The notes: a model not told the origin generated them from the sequence alone. A DNA stretch of 64,000 nucleotides from Entomortierella parvispora E1425 (GCA_020891255.1 BQFW01000004.1:1736001-1800000); one strand, 5' to 3'. Counted from the first letter of the stretch, positions 10,942-24,204 are shown. Translations and numbers: made by a program.

Positions 10942-11594
10942 GCTTGCTTGGCAACAAATTGCCCTCAACTCTATTTGTATATTTTTCTCATTCAACTGCC
11001 GTGCACAGTTATTTCTTGACGCCCAGTCATCGAAAAAAGGCATGTGTGGTCAAGGAGATGCTAGATCCTGTGTCAGCCTTATCAATTGCTCATTTTGTTG
11101 AGAATGTCACTTTTTCCATCGAAGTCCTGGCCTTTCTGTTGTCGCGTTTTTTTTTCTGCAAAACCCGGGGACTCTAACGAATCTAGCCCAAGAGAAAAGC
11201 CAGGAGTGCAATAAAAAAGAGGAAAAAAAGACACAACAATGATTCAGGCAGTTCCGCCTCAACTAGTTTCAACGCCATCCATCCTCAAGAAAGAGAAGGG
11301 TGCAGCTACTTTGGGCGTTGAGGAGTGCTTGAATGAACATCAGTGAGCGAGGAATCCTGGTAAACAACGGCGGTTGCACAGACGCAGGCGAACGACTGTC
11401 GAAAATAGAATGCCTGGAATGCACACAGGGTTCAGAGCCCGAACAGTTGCCTTCTTTTCGCTGGTTTGCGCCTGAATGGGCGGACACGCAACCGAGGCTG
11501 CCCATTTTTGTTTATGACCAGACCAGGGGTGGTGTGAATGGCAGATGCATATCCCCATTTGCTCATCCCTTAGTCGATGGAGAATGAAGGCTGT

Positions 11595-11602
11595 TATATA
11601 AA
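11595..11602 (+). promoter_or_regulatory. TATA box of the MP88-like gene
   Basis: TATATAAA about 200 nt upstream of ATG 11805, followed by a CT-rich leader. Confidence 0.5.
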
Positions 11603-11804
11603 CAGCTCTCGTTCGTGCTCCGTTACCGATTTCTCTCTTTTGTTCTTTTCGTACTAATCTTCACATCAACCCCCTGTTTCTAACTTCATTCCACATCTCC
11701 TCATTTCTTCCCTTCCTCCCCTGTAACGCCCCCCCACTGTCCTCGACACACCTATCCCTTCTGACCCTTGCAACCTGGCACATTACAGCCTTCTATTTTC
11801 AAAC

Positions 11805-12833
11805 ATGCGTCCATCCACTTCCACTCTTTTGGCCTCGGCTGCCCTTCTCGCCCTTGGCGCCTCGGCCCAAATCGACGGTCAGATTGCTTCATTGGACTCA
11901 GCAGACAGCTACTGCTTCTTCCTTCCTCCTATGGTTGGAGGAGACATTGCCGCCAACGAAGATGCCGCTATTGCTTTCTGTAACAAGGCTAACCCCAAGG
12001 CACCCGGCGCCAAGGTTTTCCCTGACGGATTCGTCTTGACTGCCCACTGGGCCACCGGAGACGGCTGGGTTCAGATCACTGTGAGTTGTGAAAAGTGCTG
12101 TTCATTGTGCTTGATCATTTTGAAGAATATTTTCTAAACAAAAACGTCCATTCCCATCTGTAGGGTCAAATCGAGCCCTCCAAGTACAGCCTGAACCCCT
12201 GCGACGCTGGTGGTCAAGTAAGTGAATCTCTGTGCTAAACGAAAACGGGGGCTAGAACTTGCTGTTTGCAAATGCTGGGCGAAAAAAGAAATATGGTTTT
12301 CTGACTACGCCCGTTTTATTTCTCTTTTTCTTTTTTTTTTTTTTCAGTACGACATTCGCGCCCCTGTCGGTGCCACCTGTGCTGGCTATGGCTACTTTGT
12401 GAACGTGATCGAGCCCATCGATGGTGTCTACGGCATGCGTTGTTGCCAGAACAAGGCCGACTGTGTTGTTTCAAAGTCGACCTACGGTGTCCGTGTCATC
12501 TTTGGTGACAACTGGGATTACTCTGGTCCTCATCCCGATGGCAATTTGCCCGCTGCCGCCAACTGTGTCGATGGCGTTCTCCCCGGAGGTGCCTCGTCCA
12601 CGGCCCCCGTCTCATCTCCCACCGTCTCTGCCCCTGCTTCTGCTTCTGCTTCTGCTACCCCCTCGCTGGCCCCCAATGCCACCACCTCGGCCGTGACCTC
12701 CCCTATTGCCAATTCTACTTCGTCCGCTTCTCCCACAGCCACAACCAAGCCTGCAAGCGCTGGTTCCTCCAACAAGGCCATGATCGTTGCTTCTGCCGTC
12801 TTGGCTTCTGCTGTCGGTCTTTTCTTGGCTTAG
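11805..12833 (+). CDS. Secreted, GPI-anchored Cys-domain mannoprotein (MP88 / macrophage-activating-glycoprotein-like), 3 exons
   Basis: Signal peptide; domain YCFFLPP..GGDI..NE..AIAFC...GAKVFPDGF..AHW....WVQITG...D.GGQYD..P.GA.C.GY..FVN.IEP...GMRCC...DC...STYG; Ser/Thr/Ala/Pro-rich stalk; C-terminal small-residue omega region plus hydrophobic tail. Exons about 11805-12080, 12163-12216, 12349-12833. Confidence 0.8.
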
Positions 12834-13006
12834 ATAGATTCTCTCTCTCGGAGGGAAATAAATGAAGTTTAGATACCTTTCCATAGCACTTAATAATAAT
12901 CACACCGCGTATCAATCCTTGAACTTTACGCCATGTGTATTTGGGATCTCTATTCAGGAAATGACGCCTCGCTCTTTATTCTCATAGTAAAAAGACCATT
13001 CGAACA

Positions 13007-14959
13007 CTATTGAAGGTAGTCGTTGGGTCCTGGGCAAAAGATCTTGATCTCGTGTGGTCGCATTGGTTTGTTTTTGTTTTCACGACTTGCGAACATGTTC
13101 TAGAGACAGAGTACAGGCAATCAGCAAAAGAGAAGGCTCGAGGTCTGTCAAGGGCTAGGTTGACAGCTAACTACTTACATTCCACAGCGATATCGCCATG
13201 ATCTGGTTGGCGCACTTGTTGGGATGGAAACTGGACATCAGACGAACGATAACAAATAAAAGTATGAGTTGCATGAAGCGGCCAGTACAGATCTTTCAGC
13301 ATCCGCTTGTATCCGATCTTACCAGTCAAGACCACTCATATAGCCCTGACCATACGGAGAAGACCCATTTTTGAACTCGGTCAGTCCTGGTTGAAATACG
13401 ACTCCAAAGGTTTTCGAGCCCTCTTTCTCTTCATTGATCTCTTGAGCAATCCTTTCCATCACCTCATTGTACTTTTTGGCCAAGTCTCCTGCCTCTATCG
13501 AACGTTGACGAGTTTTTTTTCTTCCAGTTAGAAATATGACAGCGGACTCGAGATAGGAAAAAAAAGGGCGCGCAGACGACTTACTTTTCCTGTTGTTCTC
13601 GCCACTAGTTGCACAGCTGCAGATAGGAATAGGCATCTTGTCAAACAGCATCTCACAATATGGATATCCTCGAGATCGCTCATAAACCAAAGTAACGTCA
13701 AAGATGCCCACAAGGTTGACGAACGCTGGTCCGACTGAGGCTTTAAGATCCTGTAGGGCGAGTTTGAGGGCTTTTCCATATTCCTCAGGATCAGCATGCT
13801 CTGGAATGTCATCCCCGGATTCGCAGGCCTGACAGAGATTATTGGCCCCAATGAAGACGGTGATCATCTTCCATTTCTTCTTGTAACGGCGATAGGTCCC
13901 CACCCAACTAAACTGTCGACGCAGTCGTTCAATCTGTGGACCCAATGTTTGAGCAACAGAACCACTCACCTACACAAAAGTGAGTAATGACAACGTGGTG
14001 ATCACGGGTTAGAAGAGGGAGACGCAAGAAAGAGAGTGCCAAGACTTTTGAAAAAAGCAAAAAGCAAAAAAAAAAAAAAAAAAAAAAAGGAGATTGTCAG
14101 ATGTGCTGCTTACTGCCATGTTAAGACCCTTCCCGTGTGCTACGGCAAAACAGAGGCACAGCAATCATGGTTAGCGACAGAGAAATCTAGATGCCCCTGG
14201 ATGGTTGCATGCTTCACTGAACTCACCCAGTGGGAGTGTCACTCCGGATGGGCTGCCTTTGATGTCATTGGCGTATGTGCCCAGAAAGTTGGCCAGCGTG
14301 TATTCGCCATCATCACCGCCCCCCGAAAAGACTTTTCCACGGAACTCAAGCACAGTTGCAAATGGAGGTCGTCCTGCGAGAAAAAAAGGATGCGCATCAG
14401 CTAGTCTGTCGTACAGAGTTGTAGTTGTACCTGCATCAAAAAAAAAAAAAAAAAAAAAAGTCGTTACCTGACACCATCGCAAATCCTGCGGTGATGCTGT
14501 CACCAATGGCAATGACAGATTTGATATCCTAAGAGCAGCCAACGAATGATGGATACGGTAAGTAAACTAGAGAGGTGAGTGTTGAGTACAGCTCATTTTC
14601 GTATCCTGACATGGTGTCCGTACATGGGGCCGTAGACGCCAAACATCGTCTGGGGGGATAAAATCAAGCTCCGACATAGGATATGGCGCACAAGCCCAGT
14701 CTTCGAGCTCTGTGGGACACGACGAGTCGTTTCTGATCTCGCCGAACGTATTGTAGAGAGCTTGGAGTTCATTCACCCAAGGCATGGTATATGGTGTAAG
14801 GGTTTCTGAGGCTGGGGGTGAGTCTGCTGAAGCTTGGTGAGCAGCGGGGTGTGTGGGGTTGACGCGTTGGAATGGAAACTGGAGGGAGGCTGCCTGCCAT
14901 GGAGCAAGCAACAATGGCAGCAGAACTGCAGCGTGCATTGTGGGCCATGCAGCCTTCAT
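13007..14959 (-). CDS. Secreted SGNH/GDSL hydrolase, phospholipase B1 (PLB1)-like, multi-exon
   Basis: Signal peptide (MKAAWPTMHAAVLLPLLLAPWQA); PP.DV..LRP motif; block I AIGDSITAG; EFRG..FSGGGD...TLANF; block III FIGANNLC; block V DCFHP (split by an intron); stop TAG at 13007-13009. Confidence 0.85.
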
Positions 14960-15277
14960 TAGAGTGTGAGTTGGAGTGAAAGACAGGAGCAAAGACTTGA
15001 GAAGAGACGAGTGAGAAGAAAGAGGAGGGAAAGCAACCGGAGAAGAGAGCTTGTTCTCCCTCTCTCTCACACGACTGAGCCACGTGGATCAGGAACCCCC
15101 CCCCACACAATGTACATCACGTGACTATTTCGAACGCCAGGTCAACAACCCGATCTGATCATTCATTCCTCAGTGTGGACCGACCATTCATTCATTCATT
15201 CCGTTCGGGATCAGGAAAACGCTCAATCACAGAATCGCACCCTCGACCAACCTCTTCCTGAGTGCAAGCAAGCAAGC

Positions 15278-16300
15278 ATGCCGTTAAAGCCTAGAGCAAT
15301 CGCTGTGCGGACACTGGATCTCAATCTTTTGCCAAAGACTTCGCCGATCTACCATGCATTCTCGGCAATGCAAGTCCGAGCCAAAACCACAGCAGCAGCC
15401 ATGATCGGCGATAGAAAGAAACAGGGAACCCCCAGCTCGAGTAGCAGTAATCAGGCCACTTCTTCTGCTGGAAATGTAACTCTTCCCCAGGCCTCAACAT
15501 ATACCACAGGACTTAGCCGACTCCGAGAGCACTATACCACCTCCTTGCAGGAGGATATCATGATCACAACTTATCAACATCATCACAAAGTAAAGAAGCA
15601 AGTCCCAGCAGGAACAAAGGTTGAGATGAAAGGAAACAAGCACATCAAGCCTGCCCAAAAGGCGTCTTCGTCCACCGATATCCCGGAGCTGATCAAGATT
15701 GATGTCCACTGCATGATGAAGGAGGCAATTACAAGCAAATACAATCTTTTGAGCGGAATCATGGCTATTCAGTCTATCACAGGAGAAACTCCAGAGATTA
15801 TCTTTGCCAAGAAAGGCGTTCATAACTGGAAACTGAGAAAAGGTAACAAAAAACCTCGCAATTGGGAACTGAATATTCTGTCGGCTGAGAAAGAGAACTA
15901 AACATGCTCAAAAATCGTTTTCTTTTTGTCCATAGGAATGCCAATTGGATGCAGGGTGACTCTGAAGGGCGACAAGATGTATCAATTCCTGGATAAGCTT
16001 GTCGAAGTAGTTTTGCCAAAGATGAAGGAGTGGCCAGGTTTACCAGAGGGTTCTGGAGATGGAACAGGAAATATCGGCATGGGATTCCCACCCTCTGCAC
16101 TTTCATTGTTCCCAGAGATTGAAAGCAACTTTGACATGTACCCTCGGATGACAGGATTCGATATTACTTTCAACACTACAGCGTACACCAACCTTGAAGC
16201 GAGGCTGCTCATGAGCGGATTTAACATGCCGTTCCAAAAATCCAATGTGGCTGCTCGCAAGGTCGCGTTGGCCCCAGCACCTGAACCTACAAAAGCGTAG
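15278..16300 (+). CDS. MRPL7: Mitochondrial large-subunit ribosomal protein uL5m (yeast Mrpl7-like); start codon uncertain (15278 or 15368)
   Basis: L5 motifs ITGETP..IFAKK...WKLRKGMPIGCRVTL.G..MY.FLDKL...VLP, DG.GN..MG, FPEIE and GFDITF.TTA....EARLL...GF.MPF. Intron 15843-15935. Confidence 0.9.
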
Positions 16301-16931
16301 ACGAGACAGCTGTCTCTATCCTAACCGAACATGCCAGCATAGATAGACTGTTACACATATACATACATACAAACATAACAAAACGAACAAAACGAGCATC
16401 GAGCATGGTCCAAAGCGATACAAGTACATGCAACATTGGTGGCGCTAAACACAAATAACACGTGATTCATGCAAGCGAAGAATTGGTGGCAATCCACAAG
16501 CCACCGCCCATGCATAAGCCACACGAATAGCCGGTCACAAATTCATCATTGGGTGTCGTGGGGCCGTCCTGCACCCACGAAAGGCGACGAAGCGCCTCTT
16601 TCTGTCTCTTCTTCCACCACCCCCCCTCTCTCTCTCTCTCTCGCCTCTCCCTCTTTGTCCATTCTTTCCGCCCCTCCGCATCACCTGTCCTTCTTCGTCA
16701 ACCTCTCCTTGCCCTCATCACCGTAGCCTGTCCCGCTCGCCCCGACACTTCGCGTCACTGCCTGCTGCCTCTGCCTCCTTGGACCCAGTGCGTGTTCAGT
16801 CTCCTTCAATCCTCTGTCCAATCGCCAATCGCGCGCCTGAATCTCGTTTCTGACCTTCCTTCCCACCCTTCATTCACCCTTCCTCAGAGACCGACCCTCT
16901 TCTAGCGACCTCTTGCGTGTCTAACCGTCCA

Positions 16932-19900
16932 ATGCCTGCTCCCCCTCCTCCTCCCGAGGAAAAGCCCCAGTGGTCTCGAGGTCCTGGCCCGCAGGGGTAC
17001 TCGTAAGTACATGTCGTCCAAAGGTGGACCCGCGTGCCCAGTCTCCAGTGCGGGCAACGTCGAAATGGAATGATAAGCAATGGTTACAGTGTTCTGATCA
17101 ATTCGCTAACCTCTGATTATCCATTGGACACGGTCGAATCCTTCTAGGTCACCCTCAGGGTCAATGCAGCCTCATCCTTCTGCCTCGCCATATTCTCATC
17201 ATCTTCCTCCCGTCGGTGGTGGCTCCCAAGGACCCGACCAGCTTCCACCCAGCCAAGGAGGCCCAGTCTTGCCACCGCCACCAATGTCTATGGTAGGAGG
17301 CCCTCCTCCCAGGTCAGGGTCAGCAATGCCATCTTCGCGGCCACCTACCAGCCCTTCGCTTAGTAACGTGCATCAAAGCAGCCCTCATGGCTCTGCTATC
17401 ATGGCCCCGCCTCCTCACGGACCTCCCGCGGGCCACAAGGGTCCCGAGGGGCATCATCACCATCACATGGCATCATCGCCCCAGCCCAGCCATATGGCCT
17501 TGTCCCCGCACGTCGTGCAGCCTCCTCACGCATCGCATCCTGGATCCCACATGTCTTCGGCCATCAATGCCCCACCGCAAGCAAGCAACGTAGGGCCTGG
17601 GCCCGGACCTGGCTCGGCTGCTGCACTCCCGGCCCCTTCACAGCAAACCCCTCCAGCTCCTGGCAATGGCCCTTCGTCTGCGGCGTCTGCCGCCAGCAAT
17701 TACAGGCCACTGAATGTGAGAGATGCTCTGTCATATTTGGATCAGGTCAAGGTTCAATTCCAGGATCACCCTGATGTCTATAATCGCTTCCTGGACATCA
17801 TGAAGGACTTCAAGAGTCAAAAGTAAGTAGAATGATCACCAATTGATGGTTGTGCTGACGATGAGGTTCGATCTTGCCAGCTTACTGGAGCGGAAGAAAT
17901 GGAGGCCGTTTTTCATGTGGTAGCTGGAAGCAATTTTCGAGGAGGTGGCGCGTTGCGCGTCACCTTTTTTCTTTTATTTCGCAGTGGGCCTCAATTAATT
18001 TGCCGGATACTTTGCCTCCCCCATGATCTAGTATCGATACCCCCGGCGTTATTGAAAGAGTATCCACGCTGTTCAAGGGACATCCGACATTGATTTCTGG
18101 ATTCAACACCTTCTTGCCTCCTGGTTACCGTATCGAATGCTTGAGCAGCCCCAACGAAACCAACATGATCAGAGTTACCACACCCTCAGGACACACAACA
18201 ACACAGATGGGTGGTCCCATTGTCATTCCTGAGCGTCTTCCGCCACCTGCGCCATCTCATTACAACCAATCGTCGTACCACATGCCGCCAGGCGGCGGAT
18301 ACCAACCCTCAATCCCCTCCATCTCGCAGATCCAGCTTCCCCCAGTGAACTCTCCAGGATATATGAACCAGCCTCCCTCGCAGTCTGTAGGACCTGCTGC
18401 AGCGCAGAATGGTGCCAACAACAAGAAGACACCTGTGGAATTTAACCATGCCATCAACTATGTTCACAAGATCAAGGTATGTGTGGACTGCGAGGAAGGC
18501 TATGCTCTGGACATGACCATAAGATATCTGACTCTTGTCTACTGCTCTTTTTTTAGAATCGATTTTCCAATGACCCTGAGACATACAAGCAGTTCTTGGA
18601 GTTGTTGCAGGCGTATCAAAAGGAGATGAAGCCCATTACCGATGTATGCAGAGGCTCAGTATAATGCGTGAATTGAATGTGGCCCAGAAAACTTTGAAAA
18701 CTGACAACCTCTACCATTTTGCAATTATAGGTGTATTCTCATGTCACTCTTCTATTCAAGAATGCGCCTGATCTTCTGGATGAATTCAAGCAATTCCTCC
18801 CAGAGAATGGCAATCCTCCTAATCCAGATCTCTTTGATGAGATGATGCCGCAACCCTCGACCCCTGCTACCACTCAACGTCCAATGCCTGTGCTAAGCAC
18901 ATTAAGCAACGGGATGGCTGGTATGTCATGATAATGCTACATGCGCACTGATGAACATTTGATCAAACCTTCTCTGGTTGACAATTCTTGATTTTCTACA
19001 TGCAATAGTCGGAGATTTCCCTAGCCCCCCTCCTAACGACATGTATGGAAAGAAGGGATCGCAGTTGGCACAAGGTGCAGTCATTCAGGGCCCTGGCAAG
19101 AAAAAGCGAGCAGTCCCCACCGCCACAAATGAACGACCACTTCCCGAAGGCGTCCCAGGATCAAACAAGAAACGAGTGAAGCACTATCATGTTCCTGAAG
19201 GCGAGGGGGTTTCTCCCCCAATCTCAACTTCTCAGCCCTCAGTCGTGACAAAGAATCTCGCCAGTGCAGAGGAGCTGGCCTTCTTTGATCGCGTCAAGAA
19301 GTTCCTGGGCAACAAGGCGACATATAACGAGTTCCTCAAGCTCTTGAACTTGTTCAGTCAGGATATTTTGGATCGCAAGTTGTTGGTCGAAAAGGTGGAG
19401 ACATTTTTGTCGCCTAACAAGGAGCTTATGGAGTGGTTCAAGGCTTTTGTTGGATGGGACGGCAAAGACGAGATTATTGAGAACGTTGCTGCCCCTAGAC
19501 ACAAGGTGGACCTCAGCACCTGTCGTCGGTACGGAGAGAGTTACCGTCTGCTCCCAAAGAATGTAAGAACTTGTAACATATTGAGCCACTTCGAGAAACT
19601 ACTCCTTTCTCCTTTCTGACCCGTTTTTTATGTTTATGATAAAAATCTTTAGGAAACAATGTTGCCTTGCACAGGACGCGATGAGATGTGTTGGGAAGTC
19701 TTGAACGATGTCTGGGCTTCTCATCCTAATTGGTCTGTGGAGGGAGAGGGATTCATGCCTCACAAGAAGAATGTGTATGAGGAGGCCCTCCACAAGTGTG
19801 AAGAAGATCGCTACGAGTTTGACATGAATATTGAGGCCAATCTGCACACGATTGCTCTTCTGGAGCCTATTGCCAAGCAGATCCAGACTATGTCGCTTGA

Positions 19901-22161
19901 TGAGCGAGCTCGCTTCAAACTTCCAGAGGGTCTGGGTGGAGCGTCAAAGACCATTTACCAACGTATTATCAAGAAAGTTTATGATAAGGAGCGTGGCCAA
20001 GAGGTCATTGATGCTCTTCACAACAACCCAGCCATTTCGGTTCCAGTTGTTTTGAAGCGACTCAAGCAAAAGGATGAAGAATGGAAGAAATCACAGGTAT
20101 GAATTCAGTATCAAAACGAGAGTGATAACAATCCGTCTTTATATTTGTTAACACGACCTTTTTTGCATGATAGCGTGACTGGAACAAAGTCTGGCGCGAG
20201 ATTGATTCCAAGAACTTCTACAAAGCACTGGATCATCAGGGATTGACGTTCAAGGCTGCGGACAAAAAGATGGTTGCAACAAAGGCTCTTGTAACAGAGA
20301 TTGAGGCTCTTCGTCGTGAACAGATTGACAGCCGTCTGGTCCCATCGGTTCGCCCTCGTTACCAATTCCAGTTCCACTTCAAAGACCCCAGTATCATCCG
20401 CGACACCAACAACATTATCCTGTCCTACCTCGACAAGCAGAACACTTTTGCAAGCAGCGACCGAGAAAAGATGGAAAGCTTTATCAAAGAGTTTGTACCA
20501 CAGTTCTTCTGCCTGGATAATCAGTTCATGAACGAGGAGGATGTTGTCATGGAGGGAGACGACGACCTTGTGCCTGGAGCCTACCAGTCAGAGAAGGGTC
20601 GCCAAAACGGCTCTGCTAAGCAAGGCGATGCTCAAGTGAAACTCGAGCCTAAGGATGACTCATTGCCTACGACTGGCCCAAGAGTACCAGTCGCCGCAGA
20701 CAGGGATCAACATCGCGCTGTTTCTCCCAGCAATACATGGATTCAGGTTGGCAACTATGATGTCAAGCCCACTAGTCTTGGCGCAACACATGGATCAGCA
20801 GATGCCAAGCGGATTGCACTCAACTTTTTCGGAAATACGACATATTATTGTTTCTTCCGACTGTACCAAGTTGTTTACAGTCGTCTTGAAACAATTAAGC
20901 TGACTGCAGTTGAGCTGAGCAAGAGCGCTTCGGATCGTAAGATTACCAACCCTGCGGCCGCCGATCTTGGTCTCCAGGACAATCGCGCAGATGGTAGGTT
21001 TTTTTTTGCTCATGGAATCGCCCTTATTTAAATGGGATTGTATTGTGTGCTGATAACTAATGTTATTTCACTTCCTCTTTTTTTCTCTTTACTGTCTTTT
21101 CAGTCGAGGCCGAGCTGAAGAACGGCACTGGCAACTACTATGCCAAGCTTTTAGGCTTGCTCGGAAAGCTCTTTGAGGGCGAAATCGACCAGTCGATGTT
21201 CGAGGAAAGTTCGCGATATATTTTTGCCACGAAAGCATATATTGTGTTCACCTTGGATAAGGTCATCCAAGCCCTGATTAAGAACGTAGGTCCAAGGAAC
21301 AGTTCATTTGTGCTCGCAATTCTTATTTTTGTTCAAAACTGACATAGTTGATGTTAGGTCCATACGATCGTCTTGGACTCGCGGTGCAATGAGCTCATTG
21401 GCATGTTTGTCAAGGACCGTCAGCACGAAAAACACAGCAGGCGGCAACAGATCATTTACCGCATGCAGGCTGATGCGGTGGTTGGAGATGAAAACCTCTA
21501 CAAGATTGAATATGTAGGTGACACTCTAAATTATGTCTTCTTTGGATGCTTGAGGATTGGACGCGTAATTAACAGAGATATTCATTAGGTCAAGGATGAG
21601 CAAGCGATGAGCATTCAGCTTCTGAGCAAGAACGACTACACGCTGGACACTGCTATCTCTTCGGAAGAGAAGTGGGGCTACTACATTGACAGCTATGTCC
21701 TCTTGACCCCGACTGAGGGTGTTCTTCCATCCAACTTCCCAACGTTCCTCAAGAGAAACCTCCCAGAACATATTCCCGATGAGCCTCCACAGGACATTAT
21801 CACTCACAGTGGACTGGAGGTCAAGATCTGCATCAATACCTACAAGATTTTCTTTGTGAACTCGACCGAAGACTTTTTCAAGCGCAAGGGATCTGGACAG
21901 ACACGCGAAAAGCACAACGAAGACAGATCAAGACGGTCAACAAAGATGCAGGCATGGCTCAAGGCAACATTGGAGGAGCAAGAGTCGGATCCCGCAGAGT
22001 TAGAAGCGCCATTTCAGAAGTGGCTCCTGGAGGGCCCAGAAGATGTGCGGAAAGGAACAACCACCACCGTGCGGACGATAGCTGCGACAGCAGATAGTCC
22101 CGAGAAGAAAGTGTACAGCACTGTCTCGTCCGAAGCCATGGAGGGCGTCGAAGAAGCATAG
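16932..22161 (+). CDS. SIN3: SIN3 transcriptional co-repressor (PAH1-3, HID, Sin3a_C), many exons
   Basis: PAH1 [16 protein letters not shown]...[32 protein letters not shown]; PAH2 [14 protein letters not shown]; PAH3 [13 protein letters not shown]; HID C..YG.SYRLLP...C.GRDE.C.EVLND.W; C-terminal [14 protein letters not shown]. First exon begins at ATG 16932 ([11 protein letters not shown]). Confidence 0.95.
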
Positions 22162-22416
22162 TCCAGGCAACTCTGTCGATCTTTTTCCACTCTTACTCAC
22201 CCACAATTGATTCTCGTTCCTTTTTTCTGTTTGCCGCCACAATAAACGATTTTCAAACATCGATTTTTTTTTTGTCATTCCCGTCTCGACGCTGTTTTCT
22301 AGCTCCTAAGGGACAACTTGGCCACTGATAACGTACTCGGCGATATATCATGTGACCTCCTTTGGGGAGGAAAGAGGTCTCTTCGTCATTGCTTGTTGGG
22401 CAACAGTTTCTCACCA

Positions 22417-24204
22417 ATGCTTCGCCTTGCCTGTCGCTCATTCAGCACCCGATACATCCCTTCTGTCCCTCGCTCACGCGTCTCTACCCCTCCCCTCTGC
22501 AAGTGCATTCCATTATACTCCACTGTTCACAACCATCGATTCATTTCTTCATTACGCGTCATGCCTCTTACCATTCAGCAGCAAGAAGCCCTTACAGTGC
22601 CTCTCTACAAGGACTATCGTAGCCTGGTGCCCCCACTTTCGGAAGACCTTCACAAAGGACAAGGAGGTAGACTCTCCCTACTGGAACCCATTTTTGGGCC
22701 TCCCTTTGAATAGTTGTATGAAGGCTGACCTACATATCTTTTTATTTTGCCTGGCAGGTCGTATTGGCATCTTGGGAGGCTCCAGCGAGTAACGACGTTA
22801 AATATTAAACAAAGGCCATGTCTGCCTCGCTGATCGTGGAGGCTTACCATATTTTCTGGTTCATATATATAGCTATACTGGTGCACCCTACTTCAGTGCC
22901 ATGGCGGCACTAAGACTGGTAAATCTCGCGTCGAGCGAAATAGCGACCAAACATTGAAAGCTGGGTTACTAATCTTCCTCTGGTTCTCTGTCAACTATAA
23001 GGGTGCCGACCTGGCTCATGTAATTTGCGACGAGGATGCCGCAACAGCTATCAAGTCATACTCTCCCGATATCATCGTCCACCCTTACATCAAAATCAGG
23101 GCGACATCGGATGCCGATGAAAAGAAAGCGCATGCAATGTGGATGCAGACATTTGATGATATTGGTAGCCTGCTGAAACGCATCCATGTCCTTGTAATTG
23201 GCCCGGGTCTCTCAAGAGACAAGGGAATGCTACAGAGTGCTCGCCATGCGATCGAGAAGGCAAAGGAAATGGATATCCCTATTGTCATTGATGCAGTACG
23301 TCATTCTATTCAAGTTTGAACCTTCCTCAGCTGCACTCCAAGAGGCGATCCGTCAGCTCCTATCGTGTTTTCTCTTTTAACAAACCCGATGACGTGTTTT
23401 CACATATAGGATGGACTGTTCTTGATCCAGAACGAACCAGAACTGATTCAAGGATACAAAAAAGCAATTTTAACACCCAATCTCGTCGAGTTTGAACGTC
23501 TCTGCAAAGCGAGGGTAAGGACTGGAGACTGGCTGACCACTTTAAAGACCAGAGGCGCGTTTTGTTTTTTTTATTATTTTTTTTCCCACGATTGCATACT
23601 CTTGCTTGATGCTAAGTACGAACGTCTATGTTTGAACATCAAAAGGACATTGACGCTGGCGACAAACATGCTGAAGAAACGGCAGTGCAAAGGCTTTCCC
23701 GAGGTCTTGGAGGCGTCATCATAGTGCAAAAGGGGTCGATTGATTTGATGTCTAACGGCGAAAAAGGTAAGCTTCCATGGCCGACCTGACAGAGTTCAGT
23801 GACACTTTGTTCTTCCATTGATCAATTGGCTGGATACTTTTGTTCACACCATTTCCAATGTCATCATACTATTAGTTCATGCGGCCACCAACGATGGTGG
23901 ATTGAAGAGGTCAGGAGGGCAAGGAGATGTCCTGACAGGAATTATTGCCACTTCTTTGGCGTGGGGAGTCGGCTACCAGAAAGGAATTTGGAAACACTCG
24001 AGCGAGGTGAAAGAGGACGATATTGCAATGACGGCATGTTTTGGCGCTTGTTTGATTAATCGCCAATGCTCACAGCTGGCGTTCAAGAAGCATGGACGTG
24101 CAATGCAGGCCTCGGATGTTCTGGAGCAAATCGGACCCTTCTTTGAGATGTTTTACGAGCGGGCCACCCCGCGTGCAGACTGGGCTGCAGCCATCTACGG
24201 ATAG
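22417..24204 (+). CDS. NAXD: ATP-dependent NAD(P)H-hydrate dehydratase (YjeF-C / CARKD / NAXD), with an N-terminal presequence
   Basis: VPPL...[69 protein letters not shown] and [12 protein letters not shown]. Two in-frame ATGs (22417 and 22561). Confidence 0.95.

Noticed and set aside
17860-17880. GGTTCGATC as a tRNA T-loop
   Set aside because: No T-stem, acceptor stem or anticodon arm can be formed.
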